NCBI GenBank assembly: GCA_903870905.1
Contig: CAIQEU010000020.1
Span: forward strand, 16,311 to 80,310
Source of the DNA: an uncultured Actinomycetes bacterium
Lineage (GTDB): Bacteria; Actinomycetota; Acidimicrobiia; Acidimicrobiales; RAAP-2
Direction of reading: 5' to 3'
Length of the DNA: 64,000 bases
Shown here: in pieces, positions 19,694 through 29,886 of the stretch
Layout of the letters: the number at the start of each line of letters is the position of its first letter
Numbering within the stretch: position 1 is the first letter of the stretch
The notes under the pieces: generated by a model
Told to the model about the DNA's origin: nothing
Database searches by the model: none
Seen by the model: only the letters and a program-made list of their open reading frames with translations
Made by a program: the position numbers and the translations under genes

Positions 19694-21037
19694 CTAACCC
19701 CGCAGCAGTTCTGCGATGGAGAACGAGAGGTCGATGGCCTGACTGGCGTTGAGGCGGGGATCGCAGATGGAGCGGTACCGGTTCGAGAGGTCGTCCTCGC
19801 TGACGGTGTCACCGCCGCCGAGGCACTCGGTGACGTTCTCGCCGGTGAGCTCTAAGTGCACACCACCTGGCCACACGCCGCGGTCACGGCAGATCGCGAA
19901 GAATGAACTCAGCTCTGCAACGATGTCCTCGAAGCGTCGGGTCTTCACTCCAGCTGCAGTGAAGGTGTTGCCGTGCATGGGGTCACTGGCCCAGACCACC
20001 GGGTGCTCGGCAGCGGTTACCGCATCGAGGAGCGGCGGCAATTTCTCGCCGATGAGGTTCGCGCCGAATCGAGTAATCAGGGTGAGTCGACCGGGGATGT
20101 GGTCGGGGTTCAGGCGCTCGCAGAGGGCCACGAGTTCATCGGGAGCGATGCTCGGGCCCACCTTCATGCCAATGGGGTTGAGCACACCACGGAGGAACTC
20201 CACGTGGGCGCCGTCGAGTTGCCGGGTCCGATCGCCGATCCAGAGGTGGTGTGCGGAGGTGTCGACGAAGTCACCGGTCAGAGAATCCTGCCGGGTGAGC
20301 GCCTCTTCGTAGGGGAGGATGAGCGCTTCGTGTGAGGTGTAGAAGTCGACCTCGTCGAGATTGCCTTCGGTGGCGAGGTCAATGCCACATGCGGTCATGA
20401 ACCGGAGCGCCCGCTCAATTTCGCCGGCCACTTGCTCGTAGCGGGCGCCTTGGGGCGAATCCTTCACGAACGTCATGTTCCAGGCGTGGACTTGGCCGAG
20501 CGCGGCGAAACCACCCTTGGTGAAGGCCCGAAGCAGGTTCAACGTGGCGACCGACTGGTGGTAGGCGGTGATCAGTCGCTGCGGGTCGGGGGTTCGTGCC
20601 GCAGCCTCGAAGGCTTCGCTGTTGACGAGGTGGCCTCGGAAGGCCGGAAGGGTCACGCCCTCACGGATCTCATTGTCGGCCGAGCGCGGCTTGGCGAATT
20701 GACCGGCAATGCGGCCCACCTTGACGACGGGGACGCCTGATGCATAGGTGAGTGCCACGGCCATTTGCAAGATGACCTTCAACTTGTCTCGGATCGAGTC
20801 GGCGTGGAAGTCGTGGAAGGACTCGGCGCAATCGCCGGCCTGAAGGAGGAAAGCCTTCCCAGCTGCCACGTCGCCGAGGGCTCGAGTCAGGTTTCGAGCT
20901 TCCCCAGCGAAGACCAGTGGGGGATAGGTGGCGAGCGTCGCGCTGGCAGTCTCGAGTGCTGCCTGATCGGGCCACTGCGGCTGCTGCACCGCAGGGAATG
21001 CTCGCCAACTCGTCGGGGTCCACTGACCGTTCGTCAT
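19694..21037 (-). CDS. aroG: 3-deoxy-D-arabino-heptulosonate-7-phosphate synthase, class II
   Basis: Class II DAHPS hallmarks GRIAGQFAKPRS, LWIGDRTR and HGN, at about 447 aa. Confidence 0.92.
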   Translation of the reverse strand: MTNGQWTPTSWRAFPAVQQPQWPDQAALETASATLATYPPLVFAGEARNLTRALGDVAAGKAFLLQAGDCAESFHDFHADSIRDKLKVILQMAVALTYASGVPVVKVGRIAGQFAKPRSADNEIREGVTLPAFRGHLVNSEAFEAAARTPDPQRLITAYHQSVATLNLLRAFTKGGFAALGQVHAWNMTFVKDSPQGARYEQVAGEIERALRFMTACGIDLATEGNLDEVDFYTSHEALILPYEEALTRQDSLTGDFVDTSAHHLWIGDRTRQLDGAHVEFLRGVLNPIGMKVGPSIAPDELVALCERLNPDHIPGRLTLITRFGANLIGEKLPPLLDAVTAAEHPVVWASDPMHGNTFTAAGVKTRRFEDIVAELSSFFAICRDRGVWPGGVHLELTGENVTECLGGGDTVSEDDLSNRYRSICDPRLNASQAIDLSFSIAELLRG

Positions 21038-21043
21038 TCCTCC

Positions 21044-21049
21044 AGCCTA
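21044..21049 (-). promoter_or_regulatory. Candidate -10 box (TAGGCT on the minus strand) for a leaderless DAHP synthase mRNA
   Basis: TANNNT lies 6 nt upstream of ATG 21037 on the minus strand. Confidence 0.4.
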
Positions 21050-21082
21050 CGAGGTTGCGCGACCACCCTTCCGCCGACCTCC

Positions 21083-21088
21083 TAGGAT
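21083..21088 (+). promoter_or_regulatory. Candidate -10 box (TAGGAT) for a leaderless LLM oxidoreductase mRNA
   Basis: TAGGAT-N6-ATG(21095), with no SD. Confidence 0.45.
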
Positions 21089-21094
21089 TCGGCA

Positions 21095-22024
21095 ATGGCA
21101 GGTTTTCGCTTCACCGTCCAACTTTCCGGCGCTCCAACGGGTGCAGCGTGGCGTGACCTCGCACGCAAAGTTGAGGACCTCGGGTATTCGACGCTCTACG
21201 TGCCCGATCACCTCGATGGACAGTGGGGGCCACTCGTCGCCTTGACCGTTGCCGCCGAGGCCACCACGGCACTCACCGTTGGTTCGTTGGTCTTCGACAA
21301 CGACTTTCGCCACCCGTGCGTCTTGGCCAAGGAACTCGCGAGCTTGGACCTCGCCTCTTCGGGTCGATTTGAATTCGGCCTCGGGGCTGGGTGGATGCAC
21401 ACCGACTACGAGACCTCAGGCCTCGCCTTCGATGCCGCTTCGGTGCGCATCAGTCGAATGGAAGAGGCACTGCAGATCTACCAGCAGCTCTTCAGCGGCA
21501 CCCCTGCGACCTTCCACGGCGAGCACTACCAGGTCAACAACGCCACGTTGACGCCCGAACCCCACACCCCTGGTGGCCCGCCACTCGTGATCGGAGGGGG
21601 ATCCCGCCGGGTGCTGACACTTGCTGGCAAGTACGCCTCGATTGTCTCGATGGTGCCGAGTCTGGCAGCAGGAGCCATCGGCCCTGAGGTCGCTGCCGGG
21701 GGAGTGGCCGATGCCTACCTCGAGCGCTTGTCCTGGGTGAAGGATGGCGCCGGCAGCAGGTTCGATGACCTCGAGCTGCAGATTTGGACGGCATTCGCGC
21801 AGATCACCGACGATGCCACCTCAGTCTTCGAGGCCATGGGCCCGATGTTCGGCCTGACTGCTGAACAGGTGCGCTCAGCGCCCGTTGCATTGTGCGGCTC
21901 TGTTCCCGAAGTGATCGACCAACTCGAAGAGCGACGAGCAACCTTCGGATTCTCCAACATCGTGTTGCACGAAGCGGAGTTCGAAGCCTTCGCCCCCGTG
22001 GTGGCCGCACTCGCCGGTCGGTGA
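21095..22024 (+). CDS. Luciferase-like monooxygenase family (probable F420-dependent) oxidoreductase
   Basis: TIM-barrel LLM pattern LGYSTLYVPDHL...FEFGLGAGW. F420 dependence is inferred from family resemblance only. Confidence 0.75.
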   Translation: MAGFRFTVQLSGAPTGAAWRDLARKVEDLGYSTLYVPDHLDGQWGPLVALTVAAEATTALTVGSLVFDNDFRHPCVLAKELASLDLASSGRFEFGLGAGWMHTDYETSGLAFDAASVRISRMEEALQIYQQLFSGTPATFHGEHYQVNNATLTPEPHTPGGPPLVIGGGSRRVLTLAGKYASIVSMVPSLAAGAIGPEVAAGGVADAYLERLSWVKDGAGSRFDDLELQIWTAFAQITDDATSVFEAMGPMFGLTAEQVRSAPVALCGSVPEVIDQLEERRATFGFSNIVLHEAEFEAFAPVVAALAGR

Positions 22025-22614
22025 ACGTGCGCCGGGTCGGCCTGCTCGGTGGCACCTTCGACCCACCCCATCGGGGCCACCTCGCCCTCGCACAGGCCGC
22101 ACTCCGCAGCGGCACCGTTGACGATGTCGTGTTCATGGTGGCCGGAGATCCGTACCAGAAGCGGGGGAGCGTTGAGGCCAGCGCAGCCGATCGACTTGCG
22201 ATGACCCGTGCGCTCGTTGGGGGAACTGCCAACATGAGCGTCAGTGACTTCGAGGTCCTCCACGGAGGCCCGAGCTACACCGTCGACACGGTTTCGGCCC
22301 TGCTCGCCTCCGGAATCGGATCGGTCGCACTCATCCTCGGAGCGGATCTCTGCGCGGGTATTGACCGGTGGCATCGTTCCAGTGACCTCGCCTCACTCGT
22401 CGACCTTCTCATTGCCAGTCGACCTGGGAGCACCATTTCCATGAGTGCGATGTGGCGCACGCACATCCTCGACATGGAGAACGATCCCTGCGCCTCTCGA
22501 GATCTCCGCACGGAACTCCATTCAGGAGTGCTCCCCACCGATTGCCTCCCAGAAGCGGTCATTCTCGAAATTGGCGCTCGTTCTCTGTACGATGGTCCCA
22601 ATGGCACTGAGTGA
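22021..22614 (+). CDS. nadD: Nicotinate-nucleotide adenylyltransferase
   Basis: GLLGGTFDPPHRGH (HxGH) motif. GTG 22021 overlaps the upstream stop (GTGA). Confidence 0.9.
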   Translation: MNVRRVGLLGGTFDPPHRGHLALAQAALRSGTVDDVVFMVAGDPYQKRGSVEASAADRLAMTRALVGGTANMSVSDFEVLHGGPSYTVDTVSALLASGIGSVALILGADLCAGIDRWHRSSDLASLVDLLIASRPGSTISMSAMWRTHILDMENDPCASRDLRTELHSGVLPTDCLPEAVILEIGARSLYDGPNGTE

Positions 22615-22825
22615 AGTCTTCCGAGATGATGTGGTGGAGGAGCCGTCTGCGCTCCGTCCGCACCTCCGTCTCGTCGGCTCCTCTGATGGGGAGCCGAGTC
22701 GTCGAGCGTGTCAGGAGTTGGCCCGCATTGAACGCCGGGCGAAGGTGATGCTCGCAACGTGGGCGGGCTGCGGCCTCGCAGCGGTCTTCGCCGTGGCGGT
22801 CACGATGGTGGAACTTGCCAACTGA
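22601..22825 (+). CDS. Small hypothetical protein (74 aa) with a C-terminal TM helix
   Basis: ATG 22601 overlaps the nadD 3' end, and the ORF stop overlaps the rsfS start. C-terminal hydrophobic stretch WAGCGLAAVFAVAVTMV. No recognisable family. Confidence 0.35.
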   Translation: MALSEVFRDDVVEEPSALRPHLRLVGSSDGEPSRRACQELARIERRAKVMLATWAGCGLAAVFAVAVTMVELAN

Positions 22826-23195
22826 CCTCACCCTCGACGCCACCAACGACTCGATGGTCTTAGCTGAGGTTGCCGCCAACGCCGCAGCGTCCAAACTCGG
22901 CAACAACACGATCATTCTGGAACTGCACGACCTGCTCTCGGTCATCGACGCGTTCGTGGTCACGAGTGGTTCGAACGCCCGTCAGGTCGACGCCATGGTG
23001 GATGCCGTTGAGGCCGCCACCAAGGCAACCTGTGGCCGCGGTCCGATTCGGATTGAAGGTCGCGACGATGGGACCTGGGTCCTCATGGACTACGGCGACG
23101 TCCTCGTCCACGTCTTCATGGAGGAGACACGGGCGTTCTACGACCTCGAACACCTGTGGTCGGGTGCGCCACGCCGGAGCGTCGACGGCTCGTGA
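22815..23195 (+). CDS. rsfS: Ribosome silencing factor RsfS
   Basis: DAFVVTSGSNARQVDAMVD...WVLMDYGDVLVHVF...R.FYDLEHLW. The start is TTG 22815 or ATG 22854. Confidence 0.88.
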   Translation: MPTDLTLDATNDSMVLAEVAANAAASKLGNNTIILELHDLLSVIDAFVVTSGSNARQVDAMVDAVEAATKATCGRGPIRIEGRDDGTWVLMDYGDVLVHVFMEETRAFYDLEHLWSGAPRRSVDGS

Positions 23196-24088
23196 GCGAC
23201 TCGGTCGAGGGCTTCGATCTCGATCGGTACCGTGCGTCACTGTCGGGCAAGGCAGCGACCACCATTCGGGCCTACCTGAGCGACCTCGACGATTTCATCG
23301 GCTGGGCGCAGGCGCATGGATGTGGGTCGCCGTCGCTCGTGACGAGGGTGCTGCTCCGTCGCTACCTGGCTGATTTGAGCACTGCAGGAGCTGCTCGGGC
23401 GACGGTTGCTCGCCGAGCCGCCACGCTGCGGTCCTACTTCGACTACCTCCGCCGACGGGGCGTCATCGCTGTTGATCCTGCGAGTCGACTCTCGGCGCCA
23501 CGTGGTGGAGGGCGCCTGCCGCAGGTGGTTGCTGCCAGCGACCTCAACGACCTCCTCGAGAACATCTCGGCTGGTGAGGATGACCGTGGACGCGCATTGG
23601 CGCTTCGGGACCTCGCCGTGCTGGAGCTCCTCTACGGCGCAGGGCTTCGGGTCAGTGAACTCTGCGGTGTCCGACGGGGTGACCTCAACGTGAAGGACCG
23701 GTCAATCGTGGTGCTCGGGAAGGGCTCCAAGGAGCGACGACTTCCCCTTCACGATCAGGCAATCGACGCGCTCGACCAGTGGATTCGCATCGGTCTCCCG
23801 GTTCTCGCGACGCCGGCCACTGCCCCCGATGCGGTCTTCGTCAACCAGCGGGGGAATCCGCTGCAGCCTCGAGACGTTCGCAGAATCCTCGACGCACGAT
23901 CGCCACTACCAATCCACCCCCATGCGCTCCGCCATAGCTTCGCCACCCATCTCCTCGATGGGGGAGCGGATCTCCGAGTCGTCCAAGAACTGCTCGGTCA
24001 CGCCAGTCTCGAGACCACGCAGATCTACACCCACGTCTCAAAGGAGCGCCTCTCGAGCGTCTATCGAGCCACGCACCCTCGGGCCTAA
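23192..24088 (+). CDS. xerC: Tyrosine recombinase XerC/XerD family
   Basis: Catalytic signature ...GLRVSEL..., [12 protein letters not shown] and [19 protein letters not shown] overlap with rsfS. The XerC versus XerD assignment rests only on position next to rpsB, as in mycobacteria. Confidence 0.85.
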   Translation: MSDSVEGFDLDRYRASLSGKAATTIRAYLSDLDDFIGWAQAHGCGSPSLVTRVLLRRYLADLSTAGAARATVARRAATLRSYFDYLRRRGVIAVDPASRLSAPRGGGRLPQVVAASDLNDLLENISAGEDDRGRALALRDLAVLELLYGAGLRVSELCGVRRGDLNVKDRSIVVLGKGSKERRLPLHDQAIDALDQWIRIGLPVLATPATAPDAVFVNQRGNPLQPRDVRRILDARSPLPIHPHALRHSFATHLLDGGADLRVVQELLGHASLETTQIYTHVSKERLSSVYRATHPRA

Positions 24089-24219
24089 CGCCAGCTCGTC
24101 GCGTCTCGGCTAGCATGAACTCCGCCCACAGAGCGTGGGTCTACGTGAGATGTAGTCCGGCCATCGCGATCCACAGTCACCATTCGGTGTGCGATTGGCC
24201 GTTCAACTGGAGGAATGTC

Positions 24220-25035
24220 ATGGCTGTAGTCACCCTGCGCCAGCTGCTCGATGCCGGTGTCCACTACGGACACCAAACCCGTCGCTGGAACCCCAAGATG
24301 CGTCGCTTCATTCTCGGCGAGCGCAACGGGATCTACCTGATCGACCTGAAGAAGACCCTCAAGGGTATTGAGGAGTCCTACACCTACGTCCGTGACCTCG
24401 TTGCTGACGGCGGTTCCATCATGTTCGTGGGCACGAAGAAGCAAATCCAAGGCCCGATCGCCGAGTACGCCGACGCCTGTGGCATGCCCTACGTCAACCA
24501 GCGCTGGCTCGGTGGCATGCTCACCAACTTCCAGACGGTGGCGACCCGTGTGCAGCGCATGAAGGAACTGCGCCTCATGCGTGACGCTGGCGACTTCGAA
24601 GGGATGCCCAAGCGCGAGGCCCTGGCGCACACCCGTGAGCTCGAGAAGCTCGAGCGCAACCTCGGTGGTATCGCTCGCGTCAACAAGTTGCCCGACGCCA
24701 TCTTCGTGATCGACACGAAGAAGGAGCACATCGCCGTGACTGAGGCCATCAAGCTCGGCCTGCCGGTCGTGGCCGTGGTCGACACCAACTGTGACCCTGA
24801 CGTCATCACCCACGTCATCCCCGGCAACGACGACGCCATCCGCTCCGGTGCGCTCCTCAGCCGTGTGATTGCAGACGCTGTTGTTGAAGGCAAGTTCATC
24901 TTCCACAACCGTGATGCTGCTCGGGCTAAGGCCCAAGCTGCCAAGGCAGAAGCAGCCAAGATCGCCGAGCCCGTGGTGGCTGCGGCGCCAGAGACCCCCG
25001 CAGCCCCAGCGGCTGCTGCAGAAGGACAGGAGTAG
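24220..25035 (+). CDS. rpsB: 30S ribosomal protein S2 (with Ala/Lys-rich C-terminal tail)
   Basis: [35 protein letters not shown] lies 6 nt upstream of ATG 24220. Confidence 0.96.
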   Translation: MAVVTLRQLLDAGVHYGHQTRRWNPKMRRFILGERNGIYLIDLKKTLKGIEESYTYVRDLVADGGSIMFVGTKKQIQGPIAEYADACGMPYVNQRWLGGMLTNFQTVATRVQRMKELRLMRDAGDFEGMPKREALAHTRELEKLERNLGGIARVNKLPDAIFVIDTKKEHIAVTEAIKLGLPVVAVVDTNCDPDVITHVIPGNDDAIRSGALLSRVIADAVVEGKFIFHNRDAARAKAQAAKAEAAKIAEPVVAAAPETPAAPAAAAEGQE

Positions 25036-25039
25036 CCCC

Positions 25040-25834
25040 ATGGCGAATTTCACCGCAAAAGATGTGCAGTCCCTCCGGCAGTCGACCGGTGTCGGCATGC
25101 TCGACGCCAAGAAGGCCCTCGAGGCCTGCGACGGTGACACCGATGCAGCCACCCGTTGGCTTCGCGAGAAGGGCCTGGCGTCAGCTGCCAAGCGCACCGA
25201 CCGTGACGCCTCCCAAGGTGCCGTTGCCGTCGTTCGTGACGGCAACGCCATTGCAGCCGTGGAACTGCGCAGCGAGACGGACTTCGTGGCGAAGTCGGTT
25301 GAGTTCGTGACCATGGTCAACGACATGGCGGCAGCCGTCGCCAAAGACGGTGAAGTTGCGATTGAAGCCTTCACGCCTGCCGTCGAGCAGATGCTCATCT
25401 CCTTGAAGGAGAACATCTCGGTGGGCAAGGTCGTCCGCTTCGAAGTGAGCGCGGACCAAAGCGCCGATGCCTACCTCCACAGCCAGGACGGCCGTGGCGT
25501 GAACGCCGTGCTCGTCGTGCTGAACGGCGGCAGCGCCGACCTGGCCCACGAGGTTGCGGTCCACGCAGCATTTACCAAGCCCCAGTACCTGTCCCGCGAC
25601 GAGGTGCCCCAAGCTGACGTCGACGCCGAGCGCGAGACGGTCGAGAGCATCAGTCGCAACGAGGGCAAGCCCGAGGCGTCGCTCCCGAAGATCATCGAAG
25701 GTCGCCTCAACGGTTGGTTCAAGGAGCGTTGTCTCCTTGAGCAGTCCTACGTGCGTGACGAGAAGCAGACCATCACCCAGATGCTCGGTGGGGCATCGAT
25801 CGCCAACTTCGCTCAAATCATCATCGGGGCGTAG
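25040..25834 (+). CDS. tsf: Translation elongation factor Ts
   Basis: MANFTAKDVQSLRQSTGVGMLDAKKALE... Confidence 0.95.
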   Translation: MANFTAKDVQSLRQSTGVGMLDAKKALEACDGDTDAATRWLREKGLASAAKRTDRDASQGAVAVVRDGNAIAAVELRSETDFVAKSVEFVTMVNDMAAAVAKDGEVAIEAFTPAVEQMLISLKENISVGKVVRFEVSADQSADAYLHSQDGRGVNAVLVVLNGGSADLAHEVAVHAAFTKPQYLSRDEVPQADVDAERETVESISRNEGKPEASLPKIIEGRLNGWFKERCLLEQSYVRDEKQTITQMLGGASIANFAQIIIGA

Positions 25835-25840
25835 TCCGTC

Positions 25841-26575
25841 ATGTCCGAGGCCACGAGGGCGACGCCCAAGCGCATCGTGCTCAAGATGTCCGGCGAAGCC
25901 CTGGCATCTGCGGCCTCGGACGAGACGATCGACTTTCACACGGTGCACCGTCTCGCGGCCGAGATCGTCGAGGTGCGAGAGACACTCGGCGTAGAGATCG
26001 CCATCGTGGTCGGCGGCGGCAACATCTGGCGCGGCATGACGGGTGCATCCGACGGGATGGACCGGGCGACCTCGGACACCATGGGAATGCTCGGAACAGT
26101 GATCAATTCCCTCGCACTCCAAGATGCGCTCGAACAGCTCGGGCAGCCCACGCGGGTGCAGTCGGCCATTCCAATGCCAGCAGTTGCTGAGCCCTATATC
26201 CGGCGCCGAGCGATTCGGCACTTGGAGAAGGGCCGGGTGGTCATCTTCGCCGCAGGCATGGGTGCACCCTTCTTCACGACCGACACCCCAGCGGTCCTTC
26301 GCGCTGCCGAGATCGAGGCGCAGATGGTGCTGAAGGGTACGCACGGTGGCGTCGATGGTGTCTACACCGCAGACCCGCATGTGGATGCTTCTGCCACCCG
26401 GTACGAGGAGATCACGTTCATGGAGGTGGTCTCGAAGGACCTCCGGGTCATGGACCTGACGGCGATCACGTTCTGCCAGGACAATGCCCTGCCGATCCTC
26501 GTTTTCGACATCATGACCCCTGGCAACCTGCACCGGGCGCTTGCTGGAGAGAAGATTGGTACGCTGGTCTCGTGA
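25841..26575 (+). CDS. pyrH: UMP kinase
   Basis: [11 protein letters not shown] and [10 protein letters not shown]. Confidence 0.95.
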   Translation: MSEATRATPKRIVLKMSGEALASAASDETIDFHTVHRLAAEIVEVRETLGVEIAIVVGGGNIWRGMTGASDGMDRATSDTMGMLGTVINSLALQDALEQLGQPTRVQSAIPMPAVAEPYIRRRAIRHLEKGRVVIFAAGMGAPFFTTDTPAVLRAAEIEAQMVLKGTHGGVDGVYTADPHVDASATRYEEITFMEVVSKDLRVMDLTAITFCQDNALPILVFDIMTPGNLHRALAGEKIGTLVS

Positions 26576-27141
26576 GCGATGAACTCACCGAATTGGTGAT
26601 CGAAGAAGCAGACGAGAAGATGGCGAAGGCCATTGAGCGCGTCCAGCATGAGTTCGCTGGTGTGCGAACCGGGCGAGCCAACTCTGGCCTCGTCGAGCAT
26701 CTGCTCGTCGACTACTACGGCACCCCGACGCCGCTCCGACAAATTGCCGCGTTCAGCGTGCCCGAGGCTCGCCTCTTGGTGATTTCACCCTTCGACAAGG
26801 CGTCGATGGGCGCAATTGAGAAGGCCATTCAAAGTACGGATCTCGGGCTCTCGCCATCGAACGACGGTGTGGTGATGCGTCTGGCATTCCCTGCGCTCAC
26901 CGAAGAGCGTCGGCGGGATTTCGTAAAAATTGTTCGCAATAAAGCAGAAGACGGAAAAGTTGCCCTTCGCAACATCCGTCGGAGCGCTCGTCATGACCTC
27001 GACGTGCTGGTGAAGGACGAGGGCCTGTCAACCGACGTGACCGAGCGGGCTGAAGCGGTCATCCAAAAGATGACCGATGCCGCAATTGATCGGGTCGACG
27101 CGTTGTTGGCACAGAAGGAGGCTGAGCTCCTTGAAGTCTGA
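26572..27141 (+). CDS. frr: Ribosome recycling factor
   Basis: [19 protein letters not shown]...[15 protein letters not shown] overlap with pyrH. Confidence 0.95.
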   Translation: MSDELTELVIEEADEKMAKAIERVQHEFAGVRTGRANSGLVEHLLVDYYGTPTPLRQIAAFSVPEARLLVISPFDKASMGAIEKAIQSTDLGLSPSNDGVVMRLAFPALTEERRRDFVKIVRNKAEDGKVALRNIRRSARHDLDVLVKDEGLSTDVTERAEAVIQKMTDAAIDRVDALLAQKEAELLEV

Positions 27142-28732
27142 CGATGCGAATGAGGGCGTTGATGCAGCGACCGACGAAACGCCGACTCGTGGCGTTCGTA
27201 TCACCGGTGCCGTGCCCGTGGATGGGTTGGCGCAACTCCCTGACGATGCAGCAGCACCGCTGCCCATGAGCGATCTGCCCCATTGGGGCGACCCGCCCAC
27301 CGGACAGTTGCCAGCGGTCATGTCGAGTGATGACAACCCCGCTGCCGTGCCCGGGCCAACGTGGCGCGAAGACAAAGCTGATTGGGATTACGAAGATCAA
27401 ACCTTCGAGCCTGCGATGCTCGCTGACGAAGCGTCCGCCGTCTCTTCGATAGAAGACCGAGAGGCGCGCCAGCCCTGGGAATTCGACGCGCCAAGCCCTG
27501 CGACGGTGGCGACTGAGGGCTTCTCTGCCGACGCCTACGAAGCGATTCCGACCGAAGAAGAACTCTTCGCCGGTCTCGGAGCACTCTCAGCTGCTGGTGC
27601 AAGCACCGGCGCCGACGAGGCTCCTCGCACCATCCGCCGGCGGCGCAAGCGCGCCGATCGAACAGACGAGCCGACGATGCTCGATGCGGCCAACGCTTCG
27701 AGCGATGTCTCCGCTGATGCTGATGCTGATGCTGATGCTGATGCTGATGCTGATGCAGTGGACGGCATTGAAGACGCCGACGAGCCACCACGGCGGGCGA
27801 TCCCCCGCGTTGAGCGACGCAAGCTCGCCGAGGATGACTCCTTTAGCGAGCGTGTCGACCGGCGCAACATTCGACAGCGTGATCTCCCACCAGCGCGCCC
27901 TCGAGCCGAGCGTCCAGCCGAGCGGAACCTCACTGTTGCCGTGGCGACGGGGTTCGCCCTCGGCGTTGCCCTCCTCGTGGCACTCGACCTCGGTACGGTC
28001 ATCACGGGACTCGCCGTGGCAGCCGTAGCGCTCACCGCCGTTGCTGAGGGCTACGCGATGTTTCGGTCCGTTGGGTACCACCCAGCAACGTTCCCCGGTG
28101 TCGTGGCCTCAGCACTCGCGCTGTGGGGTGGCTACAACTACGGCCAGAGTGCGGTCGCTGCGTCGTTCGTGCTCGTCGTCGCCGGAAGCTTCGCGTGGTT
28201 CATTCTCGGCCCGGATCGATCAGATCCCATCACTGGAATGGGCGTGACGCTGATCGTCTTCGCGTGGATCACGACGTGTGGAACCTACGGAGAAATGCTG
28301 CTCAATCCGCAGATGTTCCCCGACCGACACGGCGTCGCCCTCCTTCTCGGGCTGGTGCTCGTGACGATGGCCAACGACACTGGTGCCCTCTTTATCGGAC
28401 AGCGGCTCGGCCGACGCCCCATTGCCCCGACGCTCAGTCCGAACAAGACGCTCGAAGGCTTGCTCGGCGGTACCGTGTGCACCTTGGTGATGTCGATTCT
28501 GGTCGCCAACATCCACCCCTGGACCTATGGTTCGGCGTTCAAGTTGGCCATCATGTGCTCCATCGTCGCCCCGCTCGGTGACCTGGCACAGTCCTCCATC
28601 AAGCGAACGCTCGGTCTCAAGGACTCCGGGACCACACTTCCTGGACACGGTGGGATGTTGGACCGCGTTGATGGGCTGCTGTTCATGTTGCCCGCCACCT
28701 TCTTCTTGGCCCAGTCGCTCCACATCGGCTAG
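27131..28732 (+). CDS. cdsA: Phosphatidate cytidylyltransferase (CdsA) with an ~270-aa acidic low-complexity N-terminal extension
   Basis: C-terminal signature SSIKRTLGLKDSGTTLPGHGGMLDRVDG with multiple TM helices. The N-terminal region has no stop separating it. The start codon is uncertain (TTG 27131; in-frame GTGs lie downstream). Confidence 0.85.
   Translation: MKSDDANEGVDAATDETPTRGVRITGAVPVDGLAQLPDDAAAPLPMSDLPHWGDPPTGQLPAVMSSDDNPAAVPGPTWREDKADWDYEDQTFEPAMLADEASAVSSIEDREARQPWEFDAPSPATVATEGFSADAYEAIPTEEELFAGLGALSAAGASTGADEAPRTIRRRRKRADRTDEPTMLDAANASSDVSADADADADADADADAVDGIEDADEPPRRAIPRVERRKLAEDDSFSERVDRRNIRQRDLPPARPRAERPAERNLTVAVATGFALGVALLVALDLGTVITGLAVAAVALTAVAEGYAMFRSVGYHPATFPGVVASALALWGGYNYGQSAVAASFVLVVAGSFAWFILGPDRSDPITGMGVTLIVFAWITTCGTYGEMLLNPQMFPDRHGVALLLGLVLVTMANDTGALFIGQRLGRRPIAPTLSPNKTLEGLLGGTVCTLVMSILVANIHPWTYGSAFKLAIMCSIVAPLGDLAQSSIKRTLGLKDSGTTLPGHGGMLDRVDGLLFMLPATFFLAQSLHIG
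27713..27754 (+). repeat. Perfect hexanucleotide microsatellite (GCTGAT)x7 inside the cdsA N-terminal extension
   Basis: Seven uninterrupted GCTGAT units encoding (Ala-Asp)7. Confidence 0.98.
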
Positions 28733-28740
28733 TCCGAGTC

Positions 28741-29886
28741 GTGGCCCAACGCGTCGCAGTTCTCGGGTCGACCGGTTCGATCGGCACCCAGACACTCGAC
28801 GTCATCGCTGCGTCGCCTGAGCGCTTCGAGGTCGTGGCCCTCTCGGTTGCCACCTCGCTCGACGCGGTCATCGCCCAGGCTCGTGCGGTGCATCCCGAGA
28901 TCGTGGTGGTTGCCCGTGACGATGACGTCGCTGGCGTTGCCGCGCAACTACCTGCGTCAGTCGCCGTGCTCTCGGGTGAAGACGGGCTTCTCGCCGCCGT
29001 CGCTGCTGCTGACATCGTGGTCAATGCGATTGTCGGATTCGCTGGGTTGCCGGTGACGTTGGCCACCCTCGCAGGCGGGAAGCGCCTGGCGCTCGCCAAC
29101 AAGGAATCCCTCATCACTGGTCACCCGCTCGTGGAACGGATCCGCGCGACACCTGGGGCGGAACTCCTGCCTGTTGATTCTGAGCACTGCGCGATCTTCC
29201 AATGCCTCCAGGCCTCTCATGGAGTGGATCGGCTCGGGCGGCTCATCCTCACGGCATCGGGTGGACCCTTCCGCGGCAGAGACGCCGCCACCTTGGCGTC
29301 AGTCACCGTTGCCGAAGCGCTGCAGCACCCGACGTGGCAGATGGGGCCGAAGATCACCATCGACAGTTCCACGCTCATGAATAAGGGCCTTGAGGTGATT
29401 GAAGCCCATGCGCTCTTCGGTGTGGACTACGACCACATCGATGTCGTGGTGCATCCACAATCGATTGTGCACTCGATGGTGGAGTTCACCGATGGCACGA
29501 CGATTGCCCAGCTCTCCATGCCCGATATGCGCCTCCCCATTGGATACGCACTGAGCTTTCCCGATCGCTTGACCGTGCCCTACGGCGCACTCAACGTGGC
29601 GTCAGCATCCACGTTGACGTTCGAGCCGCCAGATCGGGCGACGTTTCCGTGCTTGGACTTGGCCTACGCGGCAGGACGCCGGGGAGGAGCTGCGCCGGCG
29701 TGGTTGTCGGCAGCCAATGAGGTTGCGGTCGACGCCTTCTTGGGTGGGGCAATCACCTGGGGCGGCATTGCGTCGCTCGTGGCTGAGACCCTCGAGCACT
29801 ACGTCGATGATCCCCTCGATGATCTGGCGGCGCTGCTTGAGGCCGATGCCACAGCGCGTCGTGTGGCGCGTAGTCTCGTGGGGTAA
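28741..29886 (+). CDS. dxr: 1-deoxy-D-xylulose 5-phosphate reductoisomerase
   Basis: VAVLGSTGSIGTQTLDV, LPVDSEH and NKGLEVIEA. Confidence 0.95.
   Translation: MAQRVAVLGSTGSIGTQTLDVIAASPERFEVVALSVATSLDAVIAQARAVHPEIVVVARDDDVAGVAAQLPASVAVLSGEDGLLAAVAAADIVVNAIVGFAGLPVTLATLAGGKRLALANKESLITGHPLVERIRATPGAELLPVDSEHCAIFQCLQASHGVDRLGRLILTASGGPFRGRDAATLASVTVAEALQHPTWQMGPKITIDSSTLMNKGLEVIEAHALFGVDYDHIDVVVHPQSIVHSMVEFTDGTTIAQLSMPDMRLPIGYALSFPDRLTVPYGALNVASASTLTFEPPDRATFPCLDLAYAAGRRGGAAPAWLSAANEVAVDAFLGGAITWGGIASLVAETLEHYVDDPLDDLAALLEADATARRVARSLVG

Noticed and set aside
23192-24088. The tyrosine recombinase as a marker of a prophage or integrative element.
   Set aside because: It has the XerC/D-type sequence and is translationally coupled to rsfS. 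It is flanked by core genes, with no att-like repeats, tRNA or phage genes nearby.
27713-27754. The (GCTGAT)7 repeat as a CRISPR-like array or phase-variation switch.
   Set aside because: The unit is only 6 bp with no spacers. Slippage keeps the reading frame, so it cannot switch the gene on or off. It is reported only as an in-frame microsatellite.
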